64,000 nt of DNA from Neocallimastix sp. 'constans' (taxonomy: Eukaryota). Below, piece after piece: positions 1 through 13,181 of the stretch (positions within the stretch are counted from its first letter, which is position 1; each line of letters opens with the position of its first letter). The stretch is taken from the NCBI GenBank assembly GCA_050613775.1, contig JBODTK010000117.1:62001-126000 (forward strand). The letters run 5' to 3'. Under the pieces are notes generated by a model. That model had not been told where the DNA came from, made no database searches, and saw only the letters and a program-made list of their open reading frames with translations. The position numbers were made by a program, and so were the translations under genes.

Positions 1-2
1 AA

Positions 3-2378
3 AGAATTAATTTAGCAAGAGCTGTATATTTTGATCGTGATATTATTTTTATGGATGATCCATTATCTGCAGTTGATGCTCATGTCAGTCGTCATCTTTT
101 TGATAAATGTATTGTTGGAGCATTAGCTAATAAAACTCGTGTCCTTGTTACCCATCATCTTCATATTCTACCAAAAGTTGATTATATTATTTGTATGAAG
201 AATGGTCAAATTATTGAACAAGGTACATTTAAAGAATTAATTGAAAAGAATGGTGAATTAGCTAGATTAATGAATAATGGTTATGATGATGATGATGAAT
301 TTGAATACGATAGTGAATTAGAAAATAGTAATGCTATGAAATATAATAATAACAATAAGAAGAATAAGTATAATAAGAATAATAACTATCATCAACAAAC
401 TCAACAAGAAAATAATAGAAGTGACAATAAAAATGATAAAAATAATTTAAATATTAAGAATATTAATGAAGATCATGAAAACAATGTTGATAATATTGAT
501 AATAATAGTAATAATGAAGAAGGTAAAACAAAAGTTAAAGGAATTATTTGTGAAGAAGAAAGGGCCACTGGCTCTGTCAAAATGAGAATTTATAAGCATT
601 ATATTAAAGCAAGTGGTGGATATATATGTTGTGTTTTCATAGTCTTCTTAATTATATTGATTCAAATGACAAAAATTGGAGGTGATATGTGGTTAGTCTA
701 TTGGACGGAAGATAGATTTAAAACAAGTACTATGAATTACACAATAGCATATTTAGTATGGAATGCTGGTCAAATCTTCTTAACGTTGTTCTTTTACATT
801 TTCATGGCTAATATTGGTATAAAAGCAGCTAAACGAATTCATGACAATGCTATTTCTCGAGTAATTCATGCTCCTATTCATTTCTTTGATTCTAATCCAT
901 TAGGTAGAATTATTAATCGGTTCTCTTTGGATCAAAAAATGCTTGATGATGATCTTTTCATTGCATTACAAACCTTCTTTTTAAATTTAGCATCCACCAT
1001 TTCTACTCTGGCTTTAATGTTTTCTGCTGCTCCTATTCTCGGAGTAATTATTCTTCCAATATTACTTGTCTATTATTATATTCAAAAGTTATTTTTAAGT
1101 GCTTCTCGTGAATTAAAACGAATTAATGCTTTAAAAAGATCTAATCTTTATGCTAATTTCTCGGAAACCATGGAAGGACTTCAAACAATTCGTGCCTATA
1201 ATGAAGAAGAAAGCTTTATTAGGCATAATCAATCATTAATTGATAATATTAATAGGCCTTTACATTTACAAAGTATAGCCAAAAGTTGGTTAGGTATTAG
1301 ATTAGAATTTATTGGAGCATTACTAGTATTATTCAATGGGGTTGCAGGTATGATCTTTAAAAATACTTTTTCTGTTTCTCTTTTAGGTTTAAGTTTATCT
1401 TATGCCTTACAAATTACTTCCAGTCTTTTTGCTACAGTTCGTTACTACTGTAATACAGAATTTTTTATGAATTCCACTGAACGTCTTTTGTATTATGCTT
1501 GCGAAATTGAACAAGAAGATCCTAAAGGATTAGATGCACCAAAAGAATGGCCAAATAAAGGAAAAATTCAAATTCGTAATCTTAATATGAAATATAGACC
1601 ATATTTACCTCCTACCCTTCATAACATTTCATTAGATATTGAAGCTAATGAAAAGATTGGTATTGTTGGTCGTACTGGTGCTGGTAAATCTAGTATAATT
1701 ATGACACTCCTTAGATTAGTGGAGCCTGAACTTGATTCCACCATAATGATTGATAATATTTCTATTTCTGATTTAAAATTAACTGAATTACGTAAATCGA
1801 TATCTATTATTCCACAGGAGCCTGTTCTTTTCTCGGGTACCATTCGTTTTAATTTGGATCCATTAAATGAACATACGGATCAAGAAATTTGGACTGCACT
1901 TGAGAATTCAGGATTACGTTCAACGATAATGGAATTAGATAAGAAATTAGAAAGTGAAGTGAGTGTTAATGGAGGAAACTTTAGTGTTGGTCAAAGACAA
2001 TTATTATGTCTTGCTAGAGCTATGATTAAACAAAGTCATATTTTAATTATGGATGAAGCCACGGCGTCAGTGGATATTAAAACGGATTATATTATTCAAA
2101 GGGCTATAAGAACCAATTTTAATAATACTACCGTGATTACTATAGCCCATCGTCTTAATACTATTATTGATTATGATAAAGTATTAGTATTAGATAAAGG
2201 TAAAGTATTAGAATACGATTCACCCAAAAATTTACTTTTTGAATCTAATGAGAAAGGTGAACTTGTACCAACCAATAAAACCGAATTTTCTAGATTAATA
2301 GATGAAACAGGATTTTCAAATGCAGAAATGTTACGTTTATGTGCATTAGGAAATAAATTTATAAATGATAATAATTAA
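3..2378 (+). CDS. ABC transporter, ABCC/MRP (Yor1/Ycf1-like) family; 5'-truncated at the window edge (end of NBD1, linker, TMD2, NBD2)
   Basis: The frame is open from base 3 (RINLARAVYFDRDIIFMDDPLSAVDAHV, NBD1 post-signature helix, Walker B and D-loop), so the ATG at 51 is internal. TMD2 has FFDSNPLGRIINRFS. NBD2 has Walker A GIVGRTGAGKSS, signature NFSVGQRQLLCLARA, Walker B ILIMDEATASVD and H-loop TIAHRL. No introns in this part. Confidence 0.95.
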   Translation, partial: RINLARAVYFDRDIIFMDDPLSAVDAHVSRHLFDKCIVGALANKTRVLVTHHLHILPKVDYIICMKNGQIIEQGTFKELIEKNGELARLMNNGYDDDDEFEYDSELENSNAMKYNNNNKKNKYNKNNNYHQQTQQENNRSDNKNDKNNLNIKNINEDHENNVDNIDNNSNNEEGKTKVKGIICEEERATGSVKMRIYKHYIKASGGYICCVFIVFLIILIQMTKIGGDMWLVYWTEDRFKTSTMNYTIAYLVWNAGQIFLTLFFYIFMANIGIKAAKRIHDNAISRVIHAPIHFFDSNPLGRIINRFSLDQKMLDDDLFIALQTFFLNLASTISTLALMFSAAPILGVIILPILLVYYYIQKLFLSASRELKRINALKRSNLYANFSETMEGLQTIRAYNEEESFIRHNQSLIDNINRPLHLQSIAKSWLGIRLEFIGALLVLFNGVAGMIFKNTFSVSLLGLSLSYALQITSSLFATVRYYCNTEFFMNSTERLLYYACEIEQEDPKGLDAPKEWPNKGKIQIRNLNMKYRPYLPPTLHNISLDIEANEKIGIVGRTGAGKSSIIMTLLRLVEPELDSTIMIDNISISDLKLTELRKSISIIPQEPVLFSGTIRFNLDPLNEHTDQEIWTALENSGLRSTIMELDKKLESEVSVNGGNFSVGQRQLLCLARAMIKQSHILIMDEATASVDIKTDYIIQRAIRTNFNNTTVITIAHRLNTIIDYDKVLVLDKGKVLEYDSPKNLLFESNEKGELVPTNKTEFSRLIDETGFSNAEMLRLCALGNKFINDNN

Positions 2379-2956
2379 ATATAAATATAATAAATATAAT
2401 AATTATAAATTATACTTTTTTTTTTTTTTTTTTTTTATTCTGTATAATTTATATTTATTCTATTTTCTAATATAAAAGTATAAAAGTATTTATTTAATTT
2501 TAATTTAAGAAAAAAAAAAAAATTTTTTTTTTATAATCTCCATTATTTCAATGGAATTATATTTTTTTTTCTTTATAATTATTTATATGATTTTAATATA
2601 TTTATTTGTAAAATATTAAATTAAAATAATATTTATATAACAATGTTATATAAAATAAAATTATTTTATTTTTATTTTTTTTTTTTTTTTCAATATATTT
2701 AATTATATATTAGCACATAAAATAAATAAATAAATAAATAAAAATATATATATATATATGTATATATATAAACGACAGTAATAATAAATAATATGATAAT
2801 AATATATTATTTATCATTAATAACAATTAAATTTAACATTTTTCATAAATAACAATTATTTAATAAAAAAACAAATAGCAAAAACAAAATATTTATTATA
2901 AAAAATATATATATATTAAATTATATATATTAAATATATATATATGCAAATTATAA

Positions 2957-2992
<36 letters not shown>

Positions 2993-5129
2993 TTATAATA
3001 TGTTAATATAATTTATTATAAATTTAAAATATATACTTTTTTTTTTTTTTATTTTGTTTTTAAAATTTATTTATTTATTTTTTTATAATAAATCTATATT
3101 ATTAATTCATAAATCTATATTATTATTTATTTTAAACAAGTGTTATAACATATATTAATATTTAACTTTTAAATCTATTAACTGAATGTAAAAGAAAATA
3201 ATATACCTTTTTTTCTTAATAAACACATGAGCAATATTTTTAAATTAAAGCAATCATTCAAGAAAGAATGATATATATATTAAACCATTTATTGCTTTAA
3301 TTTTTTTTTTTTTTATATGAAATATGGTTGGAAAATTATTTTATTTTATTTTATATTATTTTGTTTTTAAATTAATTTAATTCAATTTAATTTAATTTTT
3401 TTTTTTTTTTTTTTTTTTATAATTAAAAATTTTTAAGTTTAAAAAAACTTCGAAAAAAAATACAATCTTTTTTTTTTTTTTTTAATTAAAATGTTTCCAA
3501 TAAATCATATCATAATAAACGATGACTTGAAAATTTTCAAATATATAACGTTTATTTCTATTTCAAACCTTATTTTTATTTTTATTTTTACTTTTTTTTT
3601 TTATTAATATATAATTATATTAAATCTAATATAGTTTATATAATTTATAATTACAATAATAAAATAATATTATTATTGATTTTTATAAAACAGAAAACAT
3701 TTTATTTTTTTTTTTTTTCATTGAAAAATTTAAAAAAAAAAAAAGAAAAAAAAAAATATTAATATTATCATTATTATTATCATTACCATTATTATCATCA
3801 TCATCATCATCATTATTATTATTATTATTATCATTTATAGAAATTAATAACAATATTTTAATATATAAAAAAAATCATTTTTCGCTTTATCTCAAGAGTC
3901 CTTATTTTTATTTTTATTTTTTTTTTTACTGAAGGATGTAAATGTTTCCTAAAGAACATCTAACACCCCAAAAGGAAACTATATTTACTGAAATATCTAT
4001 TTTCTAAATAATCATTAGTGAATTTGGCAGGATATTAATTATGGATACCCAATATAAAGGTCACATCTACCAGGGATTTTTCATGTCTGTACGTCTCAGA
4101 GTACTACTGTTCTCTAATGATGGAGAAATGGATAGGAATTAGAAAAAGGAATTCAAGGTATGAACTATTACCGACATCTTGAAGATAAATGCAATTAGGA
4201 TTAAAAATTGAATTAAAAATTGAATTAAAATGAGTAAGTCCGTATAAATATATTGAATAAATATATTAAATAAATATAAATTTATTTAATATATTCATTA
4301 GATATTAAATTAAAATGAGTAAGTCCGTATTAATATATTAAGTAAATATAAATTATTTTTTTTTTTAAAAAAAAAAAAAATACATGATAAATATTACATT
4401 ATTGTACTATACATGAATGATTCATATATGAAGAAATATATAAATAAATACATGAAATAATGAAAATATATGAAAAAAAAAAAGATACATGAATAAAAAA
4501 AAAAGAATAAAAAAAAAAAAAAAGATTACTATTTCTTAAAATTTTTTAAAATTAATTAATAACTTTGATTAAATAATATCGATTACAACCAATAAGTAAT
4601 TGTATCATAAATATTCATTGCGGCCATGTTTGAATTTTTTTTACCATCACTCTCGGCACCAGGAGAATAAAGATGGCTCTCTCTCAGTGAACCCTTATAG
4701 ATAATAATACATCCCTAAGGGGAAGACTAAAATATAATATTTTAGATTTAGCTTTAACTTTAATTTCTATTACTATTTACATAAAATATTGATACTTCAA
4801 AACATTCATTATATAAAAATAATTATTAGAAATTATTACTACATTACCTGAAGTTAATTTTATTTTATTTTATATATATATTTTTTACAATATTTTTTTT
4901 TATATATATAATATAATGAATTATAAAAACAAAAAAATAATAATAAAAATAAAAATAAAAAATAATAGTAATAATAAATATTAAAATTTTATATAAAACA
5001 AACTACAAATTTTTATTTTGAAATAATATAAAAAAATTAATCTTTATTTTTTTTAAAAAAAAAAAAAAAAAAATAAAAATAAAAAAAAATCAAATCAATT
5101 AAGGATATAATTTTTATTTTTTATTTTAT

Positions 5130-5238
<109 letters not shown>

Positions 5239-6107
5239 AGCATTGATTATAAATATTAAATCATGTTTTATTTTTATTTTATTGATCATTTAATTTTTAT
5301 ATTTATTGTTTAATATTTATTTATTTATTATTATTAATAACGATTGTTATTACTTTTTTTTATACTATTATTTTATTTAATATAAATAAATATTTATATA
5401 TATATATTGTTTTATAATTCTAATATTATGATTATTTTTGAAATGTATAAATTAAAGAATATTAAATATTATACGAATTATTTAATAATCATTTTACATT
5501 ATTAATTTTTTTTATTATTTTTAATTTAATTTTTTTATTTTTATTTAATTATTATTTGCTTTTTAACTTTATATTAAATAGATAATTTTTTTTATTTTAC
5601 TTATTATGTTTTTCGTTTTTATTATTTTTTTTTTAATAAATTTTTTCTTTTGTTATAATTAATATTATATATATATATTCATATATATGCTTATATTAAT
5701 TAGAATGTTATTTTAAATAAATTAATTGATAATAATGTTTGTTTGTTTTGTTTGTTTTTTTTGTTTGTTTGTTTTGTTTGTTTGTTTGTTCGTTTATTTT
5801 TTTTTTTTTTTTTTATTTCTTTGTTTTGTTTTGTTTTGTTTTGTTATGGTTTTTGGTATATAATTATTTACTAAATTGTAATAAATAATGTTAATTTAAT
5901 TTAATATATATAATAATTAATTGATTATTTTATAATTTTATTGATTTTATATATAAATATATATATATATATATAAAACTAATATTTTTAATTATTTATT
6001 TATATTAGTATTTATAATTACTTATAATTGTAATTTTTATTTGTATTAATATTATTATTTTATATAATTTTCAATTATTTATTTTATTAATTTATTTAAT
6101 TTCTCAC

Positions 6108-9100
6108 TTAAGCAAATTGTTCTTTATGAAATAATATACGTTTATTAAATAATTCCTTTTTATCCCAGAATTTTAATACAGAACCTAAATGTAATTCTGT
6201 TTTATTATTTTCATTATCTAAAGCTTTTGATAAAATGCTGACACATTTTTTAGAGAGATTACAATCCTCCAATTTTAATACTTCTAATGTTTGATTATGG
6301 GAAAGGCCTTCAGCTATATATTTAATACCATCTTTTGAGAAAGAATTACTACCTAAATCTATTTCTAATATGGAATCATTTATACTTAAAGTTTTACTGA
6401 AACTATCACAAAATTTACTAGAAGAAAGAGTACAACGATGAAGAACAAGAGCTTTTAAAGTATGATTTTCTTGTAGTGCTTCAATAATTGCAATACCACC
6501 CTTATCACTTAAAGAATTTTGAGAAAGATTTAATACTTGTAATGAAGTATTTACTTTAAGTGCTTCAGCAATGGCATGACTACCATATTCTGCGGTACAA
6601 CAATTATCAATTTCTAATTTTTCTAATACATAATTATTTTGAAGAGCTTTAGCAATTAAGGCAACCCCGGTATCACCAAAGGAAGCATTACGAAGTTGTA
6701 ATACCTTCAATGAAGTATTTACTTGTAACATATTAGCAAAAGCAGAAGCTGATTTTGGACCAACTAATTTACTTAATACCCAAGTAGAATCATAACGAGC
6801 AGAATCATAATTTAAAATATTTGTAATAGGATCGGTTTGAGTACGTGCCCATTTAGAACAAAAAGTAATATCTAAACGTTTAATGAATGGATTCTTTTTA
6901 ACTGCCATTGCTATGCATTTAGCAGCTAAATCTGAAAAACGACAATCTTTTAAAATAACACTCTTAGCAAAGGTATGTTTAATGATATCAATTAAAATAC
7001 GAATAGAGGTACGTTTAAAGCTTAAATCACTCCAGCTATAGGTATTAATTTCAATAGTATCCTCTTTAATACATTCATCAACTTGATTATCACCGATACG
7101 ATAACGTAGTTCATTAATTAATTCCTTTAATCTCTTTTTATGGAAAAGAATTTGTTGATTAGTTTCAAATTTAGTATCACTTTCTTCATTCATAAGGAGA
7201 TTAGCAATATGATCTAAATTATCAGAAGTCATACCCTTAATATCAAATTCATCCAAAGATTTATTGGCGTAATCATCATCTAGAGCAAATCTTACTGAAT
7301 TGGTATTAACTGAAGATGAGAGATGATTTGATTTTTCCATAATAGATTCCGTTGGTCCTGATTTAGAATGACCATCATTACCATTAGAATTATCTATATC
7401 AACATGAGCATTTGAGGCACTGTTACTATTACTATTACTAATTTTAAGAATACCAACAATTTTAGAGGTACCTACTGTAGTTTGATTACTATCTTCTTCT
7501 GTTTTATTGGATTGACTAACTTCAGTTGTAGTATTAGTATTAGTACTAGCTGGAATAGTCATTGTTTTATCTGAGGAAGAAGTGATCATGGATTTACCTT
7601 CAACCTCTATTATTTTTGATGTATTTTGCTTATTAGAATTTATGGAGGATCGATTCATGTTGGTAACTTTGTTTTTTATTATATTAATATTGGCATTTGT
7701 TAAAACTGACTTTGTCATTGGGGTAGAAGTAGTGGATAAAGAAGTATTTTGACGATGAATACTATATTTATTAGAATATTGACGACTAGGTCTCAAAATA
7801 CTTCTGATATCTTCTGAAGAAGTAGTATATAGCATACCTTGAGATTTAGAACGATGATGCTTCATTACGGATTTAATATTGACTTCATTTTCATTCGATA
7901 AATTATTTGGATAACTACTACTAAGAGTTCCTACAGATCTCGAAGTTGAAGTTGAAGTTGAAGTTGAAAGATCTGAGAACCCATCTTTCTTCATATATAT
8001 ATTTATAGGTTGAACATTTGAATTTAATGGAGTTTCTATAGTTTCAGTGTTACTTTCTCTTGACATTGCTTGTATAGTTTCTGAAGTAACATTCAATGGA
8101 AGTTGTTGAATCGAAACACGCTTTAAAGGAAGAGGTTGTACTAAAGACATATCTGTACTAGTTGCTGAAATAATTTTTTTAGACAGATATTGTTTATCAT
8201 CACCATCACCATTATCATTAATACTAACGTCAATGCCAACATTTACTTTTTTATTAATATCATCATTAATATTAATATCATCATTTGAATCCTCAATAAC
8301 AATTTCTTCAATTTCATCCTTGTCAATAAATTCTTTCACTTCTTCTGGAGAATAAGTAGCCGTGGTTTCATTTTGAGCTTCCAACAATAATTGAAAAGAA
8401 GCACGTTTTAGTTGTTGAGTAAGCTGAAAAAGTGCTTCAATTTGAGGTGTCTTAGCATTACCAGTAGAATGAATTGTATTTGAGCTTTGAATAGTAGTCG
8501 TGGTTAATGAGGATCCCTGTTGACCTTGTAGTAATATTGGAGAATCTAGAGAAGAAGAAGAATTTGAAATTATAGTATTCCTTTTAAAACTTGAAACAGA
8601 GTTTCTTTTCTTACCAAGATCACCACTACCTTCCAAATTATCTCCAGAATATTGTCGCTGTTGTTGATTTGCACGTGGAGAAACTACCTTAATTTTTTCA
8701 CTTAATAATTTATTATAATATTGAATTTGATTAAAAGTAACTTGATCTTGACCTTGATCTTGCTCTTGTCCTTGTCCTAGTCTTTGTTCTTGTCCTTGTT
8801 CTTGTCCTTGTCCTTGTCCTTGATCTGAGAAAGTTGATGGGAATGAAGAATGTTTCAAATAAGAAAATGAGGTAGAAGAAGAATTATTTGAAGAAATAGG
8901 ATTTTCATATTCTTTTTTTATTGAAGAAACCTTTCTTAAAACCTTATCAATGTATACTTTAGATTGTTGATTTTCAGAATTACGTTTATTTGAAAAGTTA
9001 TTAGACATATCTAAATGTTCAATTTGTTGAATAAATTGTTCATTATTTAAATCTAAATCAACTGGAATATTATCTTTAGTTATTAAATGTTTTTTAATAT

Positions 9101-9364
9101 ATTGTTCTACATCCTCCACTTCAACCTTTTTAGTACACGAAGAATTAATATTTCTCTTTTGAAGATCAGTCTTTGAATTATTTTCATTTTCTGAATAGGA
9201 ACTTTGGTAACTATCAAGAGAGCCTTTACGAACTTCTGAAGTAGTATTTATTGTATCACTTTCATGGCTTGTATTCATACCTAAATTCAAGTTAATACCA
9301 CTTGTAGTATCAATAGTAGTTGCTGAAACATTTTTATTTATTGTATTATAAGAGGTTGACTTGC

Positions 9365-9400
<36 letters not shown>

Positions 9401-12400
9401 CATTATTAAAATTAATACTACTAGTACGACTATGATGATATCTATTGGTATTAGAATTAAGACTTGGTATATTATTTAAGGAAAGACTACTCTTCAGATG
9501 TCCACCTTTTTTAGTTTGAATATTTATTTCATTCTTGGTAGTTAATGAATGATAACGATTCAATGAATCATTAATTTCATCAGAATCTGTTGTTGTTGAA
9601 GGACTCAATGGAATATTTGTAACACGAGATTCATTAAAACGATTAATATTACTATTCTCTTCATCATTCATTAACTGTTGAAGATAATTGAATTGACCAT
9701 TGTTTTTATTATTTAAATTTAAATTAATTATTGGCAAATTATTCAAATTATTATTGTTATTATCATTATTTAAAGTAATATCATTATTTTTATTATTACT
9801 TTTATTATTGCTACTATTATTATTATTATCATTATTATTATCACTAGCATTATTACTACTAATATTTATATTATTTGGAAGTAAAGAACTATTCATGAGA
9901 GCTGCTTTCATATAAGGTGAAATTTTTTGACTATTGATTCCGCTAATTACTGGATATTTTATATTTTCATGAAAAGAAGAACGATTTATAGAATTTTTTG
10001 GACTACTATAACCACTACTATAACTATTACTTATTGAAAGATCATTACTATTACGAGAGATGGAATTATCATTGATTTGAAGATTCATATTAATATTGGA
10101 AACATTTGATGGTTTACTATAATTAACAGAATTTGAACGACGATGAGAGTATGCTTGCTCTTGAGTTTGATTTTCCATAGTATGCAAGAATCCTTGATCT
10201 TGTCCTTGTTCTTGTTTTTGACCTTGATCTTCACTTTGACCTTGTCCTTGACTCAAACCTTGTCCTAAACCAAGATAAGAATTATGATTAGATTTACTAT
10301 CTAAATTAATATTAGTATAGGAATAATCAGGAATAGCTAACCATGATGGGATATTATTATTATTCATGGTTATACTAGTATTTAATGATTGGGAAGGACT
10401 ATGAACTTGAGTATTATTTGGTAATATCATTTCAGTATTGGAATAAATAATCTTATAATGAGTTTTAATTTGCATAAGATTTTGTGAAATTTCATAAAAT
10501 GTTGGACGCTTATCTGGATTAATATCCCAACATTTTTGCATTAATGACCAAATTTCATCTGGACATCCAGAAGGACGTGAAGGACGTCTACCAGATTTTA
10601 CAGCTTCAGGAATAATATTTTCCGGAATATCAGAGAAAGGAACGTCACCACCTGAAAAAATTTCATAACAAAGCATACCAAAACTATACACATCAGAAGC
10701 AAATGTATAAATATAGTTATCCTGTATTTCATTTGCCGTCCAACGAATATACCGATTAATTTTACGATTAATATAAGAATTATTTGTTCTAATTAAAGTA
10801 GATTGACCATCTTCCATTGTTGAATTAGTACTTTTATTATTAGAAAGTGAAGAAAAGTAAAAGTATTTTGAAAAGCCCAAATCACATATACTTGGCTCAC
10901 CATAATTATCAATTAAAATATTACTTGCCATTAATTCACCATGAATCAATTGACGTGAATGTAAATATTGCATACCAGAACTGATATCTAAAATAATACT
11001 AATAAGATGAGGAATATCTAAATTGTTTTCCAAGTATTGAACTAAATTACCTTTACTAAGGAATGGCATAACTACATAAGGAATGTTATGAGTTATGCTA
11101 GCTCCTAGTAAGGGAATAATATGTGGATGACGAAGACTATACCAATTCTCAACATAACTTTGGAACTGTTGTTGAAGTTCAGGGGTTTCCAAAGGAATAT
11201 CAATTTCTTTTACTGCAACTTCGGTAAAATGCCATAAACCACGATAAATTTTTGAAATCAATGTAGACTCAATAATATCCCAAAGCTCCATATCCCAAAA
11301 TGGAATCTTCCATGCTTGTTTCACATAAAATCCCACTTGACCACCACTAATACGAACTAATTCATAATAAACACTCTTCAACTGAAGCTGTGTATCAATA
11401 ATAAGGCAATTATTTTCTAATTTAGAAGCTTGAATTTCCCTACGGGTAAAATAAGGAGAATCAAAATAAAGTGGAGCTGATTTAGGTGTATTGGGAGTTG
11501 AGCCAGCCGGTGTTATTAAACCTTGATTTTTTATATAACCAACAGTTTGTCTTTTTCTACCTCTTTCATCTTCATCGCTATCATCTGAATCTACAAATTC
11601 TAAAATATTCAAATTAATTGGAGAATCATCTGAATTAATTACTTTTCTTGTCATAGAAAATGGAATAGGACTAGATTTTCTAGTTGTTACTCTAATATTA
11701 GTATTAATTTGTAATGGATTATTACCCGTATTTTTATTTGAAATGATACGACCTTTAATAGGCGATGGAGATGCTATTGAATCAATATTATCACTATGAT
11801 TAATACTACCATTACTATAAACTTCAGTAAGAGCTTTTCTCATTTGACGTTGTTGACGTTGAAGATCCGTTTCGGTGTAAAAGTCTGAATCCTCTTCATC
11901 TATATGACTACGGCTACGACTTCTATTATGACTATGATTATGACTATGATTTTTACTTAAGTTAAAACTAAGACTAAGACTACGTCCATGACTATGACTA
12001 TGACTATGATGAATATGTTGATTAGGCTGACTACTTGTGCCCTTACGACTACGACTACGACTACGACTGTGATGCTTGGATTTATTATTTTCATTCATAC
12101 CTAAAAAGTCAGTTAGATTTTTACTTTTTGAATTATTAGTATTATTGGAATGAGCCAATGAATCTTGAGATAGATTTTTACCATCGTTTACAACTACAGA
12201 CGTTATTGGTTTTAAATAATCGTAATTAATTTTGGTATATGTGGTATCAACGTAAGGAGAAGGAACTGAACTTTTTGATTCTTCTATAGGTGGATTATGA
12301 CCATTATTAATAAGGTAACGATTAATTTGTGTAAGTTGATTATTGATAAAAGTCAATATACGTGTATTAGAAAGAAAATGTTCATTATTTAAATCAATGG

Positions 12401-13181
12401 TTACAATTTTATTGGAGGAAATCCCATTCATTTGAATAGCATTTTCTAAAGCATTTAAAACCTCTGGTAATGCTGATGGATCAACATCTAAACCTAAAAA
12501 GCTTAAAAGTTTAGCATCATTACCTTGAACAGACTCTAAAACTTGAGTAAACTCCGCAAAATCAATTAATTGATCCTCCTCATCTTCTAATAATCGTTGT
12601 TTACCATCAATTAAATAAAAACCAAAGAATTGAGCAATTGAACATAATTGATCAGTATAAAATATAAATTCTCTTTCCTGTTCTAAAGGATGTAATAAAC
12701 GTCTTAAATAACCATATCGTAAATAGCTATTCAAATGTCCACCAATTCTAAGAAATAAGTCCTTTAATTGTTTTATTTTATTTAAAGTTCCAAAGGTAAG
12801 TTGAGGTTTATTATTTAAAACTTCATCCAATGTTTGCATGAAACGTTCTATACGTTCAATTAAACGATTTACTTGACATTTATTTATTGTAATATTTCTA
12901 GAAATATAGTAAAATTTGTTTTTTATTTTTGAACAGAACCTATATTTAATATAAGGTTATTAAAAATATTGATATAATATAAATAATATATATATAAATT
13001 TAAAAATAATAAATATTAAATATTAAAATTATTTCTATTAATTATAATTATAAAATTAAAAAATATATATAAACATATTTTCTTTAAAAATTTTAATTTT
13101 AATTTTAATATTATCGTTTATTCTGTAAAAGACTTACTTCAATAAAGAATAAACTTCAACAGCCGATATATTTTGTTCCAT
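6108..13181 (-). CDS. MLKL-NTD-like helical domain + TKL-type (pseudo)kinase + C-terminal RI/NLRC3-type LRR protein, ~2291 aa, two exons
   Basis: Exon 1 is 13181-13138 (MEQNISAVEVYSLL-AA), followed by a GTAAGT..TATAG intron at 13137-12940. Exon 2 (12939-6108) joins in phase and adds FCSKIKNKFYYISRNITINKCQVNRLIERIERF ahead of the 2243-aa ORF. Kinase at ~11310-10465 has VAVK, LRHPHI, GMQYLH, IHGELMASNIL, DLG, SDVYSFGM and CW..P.KRPTF. ~28-aa LRRs at ~7050-6170 (e.g. LKVNTSLQVLNLSQNSLSDKGGIAIIEAL). Confidence 0.88.

Noticed and set aside
280..540. Asn/Asp-rich stretch in the ABC transporter as a novel domain
   Set aside because: It lies in the variable NBD1-TMD2 linker and matches the genome-wide poly-Asn expansion.
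11905..12075. HS/RS dipeptide repeats as a metal-binding or SR splicing domain
   Set aside because: Short hexamer-slippage tracts in a disordered linker, with no supporting RRM or other context.
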